From IMG/VR virus record IMGVR_UViG_3300032117_000012: DNA of 64,000 nt; one strand, 5' to 3'. How positions within the stretch are numbered: position 1 is the first letter of the stretch; the number at the start of each line of letters is the position of its first letter. Under the pieces are notes generated by a model that was not told where the DNA came from, did not search any database, and was given only the letters and a program-made list of their open reading frames with translations. Below are positions 56,648 to 64,000 of this stretch, piece after piece. The stretch is from a virus (Duplodnaviria > Heunggongvirae > Uroviricota > Caudoviricetes). Made by a program: the position numbers and the translations under genes.

Positions 56648-56779
56648 GCTAGAACTCCCACTCGAATGGTGGGAGGTTGACGATGATCGCTCGGAAGACG
56701 TTCCTTCTAAAATAGGAAAAGATTTAATAGATTTTATAATATCATGCTTTCTACATTAAAGATTATACACATACTTCGT

Positions 56780-57580
56780 TTAGATGTCAAGTGTTAAATT
56801 GGGATTGAACTCATTTTTATTTTCTTCTCTGTAACCCTTTGGATTAGCTACAATTCTAGTTTTTCCAATGTGGTAATCGAAGCTAGAGTGAGTGTGTCCA
56901 TGTGTCCAAAGCACAATATGCTCATTATCTAAAATCAATTCGGACAAATCAGAGTGATATGCACCGTTCAAGTGATAATCACCAGCATATTTTGCATTTA
57001 TACTAAGTGGACTTGGGGCATGATGAGTGCATACCACAACTTTCCCAACATACCCCTCAATTTCCTTTTTAAGGTATGCTACAGCCTTGTCATGTAGCAA
57101 TACGGCATCAGATACCTTGAATTTACGATAATTAGGCTTACCCCATGTAATAAGCCTAAAGTCATTCATACAATCACCAATAATAACAAGAGACGTAGGA
57201 TTACGTTTGTTGCCATCAAACCATAAAGTGGAACCGATAAATTTAATCTCATCTATAACAATAGAATCATTATCCAAAACATGAACATTTGGATACGCAT
57301 TAAACAACACTTTTAAATATGCCGCATATGAATCGATCCTACCATGATAATATTCATGGTTGCCAAGGATATAAATTACATTCTTCCAGTTTTCAGAACA
57401 ATAATCCATAAATGAGCTAAAATCAGCATTAAGAGTAAGCTGATAAGGACTCTCTGATCCACGAAGTAGATAGTCAATCACGTAAATATCCCCGGAAAGA
57501 ACGAGAACGTCCGATCCGGGGATAGGGCGAGGCAGAGTATCAAACTCTGCATGTAGATCACTTAAAACGGTTATTTTCAT
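56780..57580 (-). CDS. calcineurin-like metallophosphoesterase (second copy)
   Basis: VLSDLHAE, GDIY, GNHEYY, HHAP, GHTH motifs. Confidence 0.7.
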   Translation of the reverse strand: MKITVLSDLHAEFDTLPRPIPGSDVLVLSGDIYVIDYLLRGSESPYQLTLNADFSSFMDYCSENWKNVIYILGNHEYYHGRIDSYAAYLKVLFNAYPNVHVLDNDSIVIDEIKFIGSTLWFDGNKRNPTSLVIIGDCMNDFRLITWGKPNYRKFKVSDAVLLHDKAVAYLKKEIEGYVGKVVVCTHHAPSPLSINAKYAGDYHLNGAYHSDLSELILDNEHIVLWTHGHTHSSFDYHIGKTRIVANPKGYREENKNEFNPNLTLDI

Positions 57581-57887
57581 CTCTATACATCCTATAATCT
57601 TTAATTAATGGTTCTACAATTAGTACATAAGTTGGAATTATTGTAATCGCACCAAGTATGATACACAATGCACCAACCTCTCCCACAAATGATGCTAGTA
57701 GAAAAAATATTTCAATTGATCCCCATACTCCAACACAAGCTGCAAATAGTAAACTAAATGCGGCTACAAAATCCATCAGCGCATCATTATCCAATATAGC
57801 TGCCCAAAGAGCTTTCCAATCAATCATTATACATCGCTCCATCAAACCATTCATCACGAAGTTGATTATATTTGGTATTGCTACCAA
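57558..57887 (-). CDS. small membrane protein
   Basis: 109 aa, hydrophobic. Confidence 0.4.
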   Translation of the reverse strand: MVAIPNIINFVMNGLMERCIMIDWKALWAAILDNDALMDFVAAFSLLFAACVGVWGSIEIFFLLASFVGEVGALCIILGAITIIPTYVLIVEPLIKDYRMYRDENNRFK

Positions 57888-59065
57888 GATTATTACGAAC
57901 CATATTTAAAATGGCATCGTATGCTAGGGCCGGAGAATTGTCATCAAACAATTTAAATACCAAAGGTCGAAGGTAAGGAAGCTCCTTATCACCATATTTG
58001 ATGGCATAAGTTTTACGATCCAACCCAAGAGTTTTTGTATAATATTCGACCCTGTTGAAAAGACAGGTTGCCATTTCATGCAAGAAAAACTCAATTTTAT
58101 ATTCGAAATTTATCAACTTGATACGATCTTCATCTAGCACATGAGCTTTAATATCGTCAAGAGAATTTTCCAAAATCATCTCAACAATATTTCGATCTTG
58201 TAAAATCGATTCCTTGGCTTTATGGATTTGGACATACCAATGGCACTTCAATTTTACCATATGGCCTGAGTCAAATCGAACCACAAAACCTTCAAGGTCT
58301 TCCAAATCATGGACGTATTCAAGGAAAGCCTTAGTATCGTTTTGTTCTCCATAATTGGTCATATTAAATACCCGAACAACAGGAATATCACCATTACCTT
58401 CTACAAATTTAACCATGGAATCATGCTTTGCATAATGGCCATTATGCAAATGACGAATAGCAGTCAAAACAAGCTGATCTTCTTTATAATCAAGTACGAT
58501 ACGTTGTTTACGTGAACACCATTCAAAGATCGGAGTAAGGTGCATGGAAATCATCCAACGAGCAAACTTCTCATATTGGGGATTGTTCTTCACAAACTCC
58601 TCTACAGGCTTAGCAACATCGGTAGCACCCATCTTAGTACCCCTAGATCATCTGACCATCGACAATGAATGGAGCAATCATGCTTCCATCTAATTTTTCA
58701 ACAATGACATGTGGATGACCAAGATTTATTTGATTTTCCTGAGTTTCTTCACGCTCGTTCACGTTGAAGAACTTATGATAAGGGCGACGAATAATATCAC
58801 CAGTTTTAGAATCAAAAATGATACCACGACATTCACGGCGAATTTTGGCTTGATATTGTGGAAGATTACGCTCCTCTAAAGAACCAATCGTCTTAAACTC
58901 ACCATTTACATCAGGAAACGTATCATGAAAACAAACGTTATAGTTTACAACAGTATAACCTTCTTTCTCGGCAACTACAAATTCAGGACGATCCTTGATA
59001 GCAGGTAGAACATCTTTAATATTATAGATTTCTGGGAATTCATATCCGTACATAATATATCTCAC
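57820..59065 (-). pseudogene. rnlA: RNA ligase 1 (T4 RnlA/gp63 family) split into two ORFs (58643..59065 N-terminal with motif I EKLDGSM; 57820..58632 C-terminal) by a +1 frameshift at atc-tag-ggg; either disrupted, a homopolymer sequencing error, or recoded
   Basis: motif I EKLDGS (T4 KEDGSL); C-terminal GLDRKTYAIKYG, HWYVQIHKAKESI, EGFVVRFDSGHMVKLK parallel T4 Rnl1; joining frames gives DGQMI-RGTKMGATD matching T4 LDGDEILFKSKGSIKSE. Confidence 0.6.
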
Positions 59066-59117
59066 TTTTATCTGTTACAAGTGTCATAATATACAAAATC
59101 AGCTGTGTCAATAGATA

Positions 59118-59594
59118 TTATGATGATTTATTTTTAACCAATCGATATCCAAGAATCCTAGCAGCTTCTTTAATCAATTTAAGATTAACATCATTATTAT
59201 CTTGTCCACGCTTCCATGCACCATATGACAGAGCATTAAATCCATCATAATGATCCAACATAGCGAGAGTTTGATTGTCAGCATGAGTGCATTCGACAAC
59301 TCTACCATAATTTCCTATCTTGTTAGAATATGTTGGGGAATAGATAATCTTTTTACCCAATTCTGGATCGTTACTCCATTGATGGAGGTAATCATTGTTC
59401 AACATTATTACAGTACGATAACCCATATTAATTCTCCCTTTATGCCGCAACACACATATGAAAATGAAGACCCGTTTCGAGAGCTTTATGGCCGATTGCC
59501 ACCGGAAAGAATCTTCCTTCTGGCGTAGCTGCAATAACCACATTTTGATTAGCATCACCAAGAATTTTCTCTGCCGCTTTAACAGCATTCGCAT
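59118..59594 (-). CDS. hypothetical protein (likely start at internal MGYRTVIML)
   Basis: 158-aa ORF. Confidence 0.4.
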   Translation of the reverse strand: MRMLLKRQRKFLVMLIKMWLLQLRQKEDSFRWQSAIKLSKRVFIFICVLRHKGRINMGYRTVIMLNNDYLHQWSNDPELGKKIIYSPTYSNKIGNYGRVVECTHADNQTLAMLDHYDGFNALSYGAWKRGQDNNDVNLKLIKEAARILGYRLVKNKSS

Positions 59595-59715
59595 AAGTCT
59601 TATACGTTTTCAGAGCAGTATTGATGTCTGACGATCCATTCCAAAGAACTTTCATGCTACTTCCTTTCGGTCTTGATGTAACTCTTCTAACGTATTTTAA
59701 ATTAGGTGTCAACAA
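59440..59715 (-). CDS. hypothetical protein
   Basis: 91-aa ORF overlapping previous in another frame. Confidence 0.3.
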   Translation of the reverse strand: MLTPNLKYVRRVTSRPKGSSMKVLWNGSSDINTALKTYKTYANAVKAAEKILGDANQNVVIAATPEGRFFPVAIGHKALETGLHFHMCVAA

Positions 59716-59907
59716 TTAATTTAAAACAATTTCAGAAAGAAGCACATATCCATGAACACTAGGAAGTGCCTTATATTCATATAGATGGTAAAGAATGGAA
59801 TTGTAGTTTGTGATAATTCCGGGAATAATTTGGTATCCGAGGGCGGTAACGCTCCACCGTCTATGAATTATCAGTTCATTGCTCTACTTTTGAGCTACAC
59901 GGATATC

Positions 59908-59982
59908 TGGATGCCCCGTTTGGACTCGAACCAAAACCTACAGATTCAAAGTCTGTTGTCACTACCATTAGACTAAGGGGCA
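59908..59982 (-). tRNA. tRNA-Gln(TTG), U1-A72 pair, CCA encoded
   Basis: TGCCCCT acceptor; anticodon arm ACAGA CTTTGAA TCTGT; T-arm TTTGG TTCGAGT CCAAA. Confidence 0.7.
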
Positions 59983-59995
59983 TTAATTTTTATTA

Positions 59996-60069
59996 TGGAT
60001 GCCCTCCAAGGACTCGAACCTTGATTCACGGAGTCAGAGTCCGCTCTCTTACCATTAGAGGAAAGGGCA
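59996..60069 (-). tRNA. tRNA-Gln(CTG), U1-A72 pair, CCA encoded
   Basis: TGCCCTT acceptor; CTCT AATGGTA AGAG D-arm; anticodon arm GCGGA CTCTGAC TCCGT; T-arm CAAGG TTCGAGT CCTTG. Confidence 0.75.
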
Positions 60070-60442
60070 ATATAGTATATATGTTACTTTTTAAACATAG
60101 GATATGTTAATCTTTGATATAGCAAATAAGAACCAATTATCCCACTAAATATAGCAAGGCTATAATGCCCAATAAATATATCGGCTATACATCCCAGCAA
60201 ATTCAAAATTATAAGAATCATATGTATAATTTTTATTGTCATAATATTTCACTTTTTCTTAAACAAAGGAGAGTATATTAGTTGGTGAGTTATGGCTAGA
60301 GCGAATAACCCGCTTATAAAAGAACTAATATACTCACCAGAATATAATTCTGTCACACACGCCATCGCATTTAATGCGGCAAGGATAGTTCCTATGGCTT
60401 CAAACAATTTGTACTTTGGCATGTCATTACTTTCATTTTATA

Positions 60443-60519
60443 TGGTAGCCCCACCGAGTTTCGATCCCGGATCATAGACTTGAGAGGTCTATATGCTACC
60501 CAACTTACACCATGGGGGC
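60443..60519 (-). tRNA. tRNA-Glu(CTC)-like, CCA encoded; acceptor has one C-C mismatch; 5' end overlaps the stop region of the GIY-YIG gene
   Basis: anticodon arm TAGAC CTCTCAA GTCTA; T-arm CCGGG ATCGAAA CTCGG; acceptor GCCCCCA/TGGGGCT. Confidence 0.5.
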
Positions 60520-61143
60520 CGTTCTTCCTTTATACCATCCATCTGGAATATTGTCAATTCTTTTTATCTTTTTATTTACTATACCATCAGTAATCCATTG
60601 TGTTCCAAATTGTGAGTTTTCTTTTCCACAATTTTTTCCTATTTTAGATAAACGCATTTTATTTTTAGATTCATCTGAATGTTTTTTACCAAGAAATGTA
60701 GAAAATGCTTCTTTACCGTGGCGTTCTATAATCTTAGATATTCTATTTAATTTCCAACTTTCGGATGAATGATATTCTTTAAATTGTTTAGATGTATAAT
60801 TTCTACGACTATATCCTCCCATGCTAGAAGCTCGTGGTGATCTTAGTCCATTTGAATTAATATAACTAAATCCACCTTTACCTCCAACACAGATATTGTA
60901 GGTGTCATTTCTTGCACAAAACTCTTCAGTTACTAATTCGGCTTCCTTGGAATTCATCTCAAATTTGGTATCAAAAATATATACGATTTCTTTATCAAAA
61001 TTACTTATTCCATATTTTTCAATGGCATGATTCAATAATGTTCCTGATCCCATATATGAATCTTTTAAATTCTTTGTTTGATGTTTTCCGATATAAATTT
61101 TACCATTTATCTTATTTGTTATTTTATAAATTGTATAAAACAA
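60505..61143 (-). CDS. GIY-YIG homing endonuclease
   Basis: MFYTIYKITNKINGKIYIGKHQT...YMGSGT GIY-YIG module. Confidence 0.7.
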   Translation of the reverse strand: MFYTIYKITNKINGKIYIGKHQTKNLKDSYMGSGTLLNHAIEKYGISNFDKEIVYIFDTKFEMNSKEAELVTEEFCARNDTYNICVGGKGGFSYINSNGLRSPRASSMGGYSRRNYTSKQFKEYHSSESWKLNRISKIIERHGKEAFSTFLGKKHSDESKNKMRLSKIGKNCGKENSQFGTQWITDGIVNKKIKRIDNIPDGWYKGRTAPMV

Positions 61144-61210
61144 AATATTCTCCGGGTTTACATAATTAGATTTACCATATGTACTATATATGTAAACCCG
61201 GAGTTCTATG

Positions 61211-61283
61211 TAGAGCAGACGGGGTTCGAACCCGCTTACACTTGATTGAAAATCAAGCCGCCCGCCGATTAGCGTTCTGCTCC
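61211..61283 (-). tRNA. tRNA-Glu(TTC); CCA not encoded
   Basis: GGAGCAG acceptor; anticodon arm CTTGA TTTTCAA TCAAG; T-arm GCGGG TTCGAAC CCCGT. Confidence 0.65.
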
Positions 61284-61286
61284 ATA

Positions 61287-61838
61287 TTAATCAATAGTAA
61301 CCGTAACTCCGGTTTTTTCTATTGGCTTTAATAAATCATAATATATGCTATATATAGCATGTTTATGTGCTATGTCAATATCTTTTTTCGCATCATCCAT
61401 AAAAAATTTTCTAGCAGAGATAATATTTTGATTCCGCATATTATCTCTGATATCTGTACTCAAAAGTAACCACGAACCATTATCATAATTTTTAATAGTT
61501 GTCGAATCAATATTAGGGGTACTTATAAAAGTTTTTGGCAAATGTACAGATATCTTTTTATTAGCATAATCTACGTTATAAGTTATCTTATTTAAACTTG
61601 TTTTAAATTCTACAGAACCACTTATAATAGATGATAGCTCTGCCTTCATTTTATAGTTTTGGTATGTAGATGTCGCCACTGTTGTAGAATTATATTCTAA
61701 TGATACTAGATCACTCTTTTCTTTTAATTGAGAAATAGCATTCACTACAGTACCGATATTATCCCAATCACTCCGAGCCATAACCCCAATTATAAAATAA
61801 GTTATTAATGCACCAGCTATACAAGATTTATACCCCAT
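61287..61838 (-). CDS. membrane-anchored/secreted hypothetical protein
   Basis: N-terminal hydrophobic segment, 183 aa. Confidence 0.45.
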   Translation of the reverse strand: MGYKSCIAGALITYFIIGVMARSDWDNIGTVVNAISQLKEKSDLVSLEYNSTTVATSTYQNYKMKAELSSIISGSVEFKTSLNKITYNVDYANKKISVHLPKTFISTPNIDSTTIKNYDNGSWLLLSTDIRDNMRNQNIISARKFFMDDAKKDIDIAHKHAIYSIYYDLLKPIEKTGVTVTID

Positions 61839-62946
61839 AATGACGAATTGCCTTATAATTGGTAGATGTTTTTTGAGAATAAATTTTCAACTCTTTACCT
61901 TGATAAGAAATCAGGGGTTTAGAACATCCATGCGAAATCCAATTAAGAGCATGTGTCCTAGCATAGGCTGGATTATGGTGGGCCGTAGCAATATATTCCA
62001 CCATTTGCTCTCTTTGATAAACACAACGCTTATTAAATTTTATAATTTGATCTGAATTCATCTTTTTAATCAAAGACATAATATTATAAGTTGAAAAATA
62101 ATATGCAGCCCGATCACTTGTCAACCCCTGAAGTTTAATTACAGAGGTCGGAAGCTTATGATGACGAGAATACTTACTAATTTTATTAGCAGGTCGCAAT
62201 CCATCTTTATCAAATCCTACGGCATAGGATGTAAATTGATATCTACCCATGCTAAGCAAAGTATCTCCCAATGACGGAATATTATCCAGAAAATTACGAC
62301 CACCTTCTTTCATATAAAGATTCATCATAATATAATTCTGCTCACCATTACGATATGGCATCAATTCCGTCATAGAATACGCTGTAAGAGCATTTGCATC
62401 AATTTGGATGGCAGAGTACACTAGTCCCCAACAATGCGCTGTATCAAGCTTATTATCAACACACAAATGTCCCCAATTAATATCGTTCTTAACCTTACCA
62501 AGGTCCATATTCAAAATATGATTATGGCGAACGATTGACATCTTTTCAGGCGAAGAATTTACATAATGGTCAATAATAGACGATGCAGATGATACAGTGG
62601 CAGGAGAAACATTTTGAATATGCAATTTCTTATTCCATACACGTTTCATAGACGAATTCCAATCCACAGTCTTGGAATTTGGAATATTTCCATTGAAGTC
62701 TAAATACCCAAATGACAGTTTGGATAGACCAGCTTTTTTAACTGGTGCAAAATCAACTGGTCCTCTTTTATCAATACGATGTGACAATTCAAACCTAAAC
62801 AATGGTTTAAATCCAGCATAATCGTTCTTAAAAGGCGCTAAACCAATAATCATCGGAATAGCAGCCAATTTAACCAAATTATAAACATTACTCATAATAT
62901 ACTCCTGTCTTATTTTAGGACTATACCAGAGAAAGGTTAATGTCAA
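61828..62946 (-). CDS. hypothetical protein (372 aa)
   Basis: long ORF. Confidence 0.5.
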   Translation of the reverse strand: MTLTFLWYSPKIRQEYIMSNVYNLVKLAAIPMIIGLAPFKNDYAGFKPLFRFELSHRIDKRGPVDFAPVKKAGLSKLSFGYLDFNGNIPNSKTVDWNSSMKRVWNKKLHIQNVSPATVSSASSIIDHYVNSSPEKMSIVRHNHILNMDLGKVKNDINWGHLCVDNKLDTAHCWGLVYSAIQIDANALTAYSMTELMPYRNGEQNYIMMNLYMKEGGRNFLDNIPSLGDTLLSMGRYQFTSYAVGFDKDGLRPANKISKYSRHHKLPTSVIKLQGLTSDRAAYYFSTYNIMSLIKKMNSDQIIKFNKRCVYQREQMVEYIATAHHNPAYARTHALNWISHGCSKPLISYQGKELKIYSQKTSTNYKAIRHYGV

Positions 62947-62959
62947 GTTAATTTTGGTG

Positions 62960-63175
62960 TTATTCTTTTATATTAGCGGCTGCTAATGCCCATTCTATCA
63001 TTTCTTGAACGGCAACTCTATTTTTGAATTGACTTCTATGATATTCACACGATGCTTCAATTCCTGTTGGATATTCTCCAATATAATGGATACCTTTTAT
63101 CCCAGATTTATAGCATCCGGTGGTCTGGCCGCCGGGATGTTCACGAATAGGCCAAGATTCATACTTAATAGGCAT
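62960..63175 (-). CDS. hypothetical protein
   Basis: 71-aa ORF. Confidence 0.35.
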   Translation of the reverse strand: MPIKYESWPIREHPGGQTTGCYKSGIKGIHYIGEYPTGIEASCEYHRSQFKNRVAVQEMIEWALAAANIKE

Positions 63176-63177
63176 TT

Positions 63178-63504
63178 TTAAAACCCTAGATAAAAATCTG
63201 TCGGATAATATAAAATTGGAAGTTTAGTAGCTTCAATTCGTTCGTCTATAGCAGAATTAATTGAATTTCTTAATTCTTCTAATTTAGAAGCAAAGAACTC
63301 GTTGAATTTATTAGGAACCTCATATCCAAGATGTGGAAGTTCAAAATCTAATTTAGATCCTACTTGCCAAAAATCTTCATACTTAACAAGTTTGTCTTCA
63401 TAATAATGAACTCTGGCTAGAAAAACTTTAGTCACAAAATTATGAAATCTATCTTTTTCAACAACGGCAACTAATCTAATTTCTGTTTTATGTAGACTCA
63501 TCAA
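63178..63504 (-). CDS. hypothetical protein
   Basis: 108-aa ORF. Confidence 0.4.
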   Translation of the reverse strand: MMSLHKTEIRLVAVVEKDRFHNFVTKVFLARVHYYEDKLVKYEDFWQVGSKLDFELPHLGYEVPNKFNEFFASKLEELRNSINSAIDERIEATKLPILYYPTDFYLGF

Positions 63505-63517
63505 TATATCCTAAATT

Positions 63518-63591
63518 TGGTGCGGATGGGGAGAATCGAACTCCCGACTCAACACTGGCAATGTCGCACGTTACCCCTACGCCACACCCGC
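63518..63591 (-). tRNA. tRNA-Gly(GCC), CCA encoded
   Basis: GCGGGTG acceptor; GCGT AGGGGTA ACGT D-arm; anticodon arm CGACA TTGCCAG TGTTG; T-arm GGGAG TTCGATT CTCCC. Confidence 0.75.
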
Positions 63592-64000
63592 AATCCTAAC
63601 TTGAGTTGTTCTATTTAAAGGAACTTGTCTAACATATTCACCTTCAGCTTTACGATTACTCCAAGGCTTTAAATTATGTTCCAAAATTACCTTATCTTTG
63701 ATAATAACAGCTCTAGTACATTCTTTATTCAACTGAACATAATATACACCATATTCATCTGCCAATGGGTTAGGAATTTTAGAGGTGAAACTTTTTTCTC
63801 TTCGCCATTGGTGATCTTTTCGTTCAATACAATTAATTGCCCCGAATGGAAACGCAACATCACCTTGCCAATTACCGTGACGAACCTCGATTTCCCAACA
63901 ATAAATTACTTCTCCATCTGAATTTAATGTAAGAAGATCGATGCCATGCTCATTTGCATTATCGATGGTCTTATATCCCTTAGCTTCAAATTGAAGATTC
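63577..64000 (-). CDS. hypothetical protein, 5'-truncated by window end (at least 141 aa); stop region overlaps tRNA-Gly 5' end
   Basis: open frame on minus strand runs from window edge to TAG at 63577-63579. Confidence 0.5.
   Translation of the reverse strand, partial: NLQFEAKGYKTIDNANEHGIDLLTLNSDGEVIYCWEIEVRHGNWQGDVAFPFGAINCIERKDHQWRREKSFTSKIPNPLADEYGVYYVQLNKECTRAVIIKDKVILEHNLKPWSNRKAEGEYVRQVPLNRTTQVRIAGVA

Noticed and set aside
1-64000. CRISPR array or integrase / prophage att sites
   Set aside because: No regularly spaced short direct repeats and no integrase or recombinase ORF. The orphan tRNA 3' fragment is more simply explained by local rearrangement in a lytic T4-like genome

Overview
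This is an AT-rich window (roughly one-third GC by eye) that reads like an accessory and structural region of a T4-like (Tevenvirinae-type) myovirus. Most genes are on the minus strand; the two plus-strand blocks (gp32 region, and 11.1-16.9 kb with baseplate/tail-spike genes, a gp5-like OB-fold protein and a spike carrying a C-terminal M15 peptidase) are exceptions.

Recognisable content, in order:
- Plus-strand gp32 single-strand DNA-binding protein (3947-4894).
- A vWA-domain protein (155-1609) followed by tRNA-Ala and two miniature tRNA-like elements.
- Baseplate and tail-spike block (11.1-16.9 kb), plus flanking minus-strand structural candidates.
- An outer-membrane beta-barrel gene with its own terminator (17974-18453).
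- An NAD+ salvage module (23.4-30.1 kb): NAMPT split into two ORFs by an inserted GIY-YIG homing endonuclease gene, a macrodomain protein, a MazG-like protein and a bifunctional NMNAT/Nudix.
- SPFH/lipoprotein/membrane proteins, DUF932, and an NDP-heptose-type sugar pathway (HAD phosphatase, GmhA isomerase, GHMP heptose kinase, glycosyltransferase, SDR epimerase; 35.7-39.9 kb) with a distant cytidylyltransferase (18931-19539).
- Glutaredoxin, nucleases, and from about 42.7 kb onward a large minus-strand tRNA island of about 20 canonical tRNAs plus several non-canonical tRNA-like genes and fragments, interleaved with HNH and GIY-YIG homing endonuclease genes.
- An internal-head-protein-like gene carrying a T4-type capsid-targeting leader (51334-52551).
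- An RNA/DNA end-healing and sealing cluster (53.1-59.1 kb): Pnk-type kinase, two metallophosphoesterases, an ATP-dependent DNA ligase, and a T4 Rnl1-like RNA ligase broken by a +1 frameshift.

All assignments rest on motif-level reading of the translated ORFs and hand-folded RNA structures. No database search or tRNA-calling program was run.
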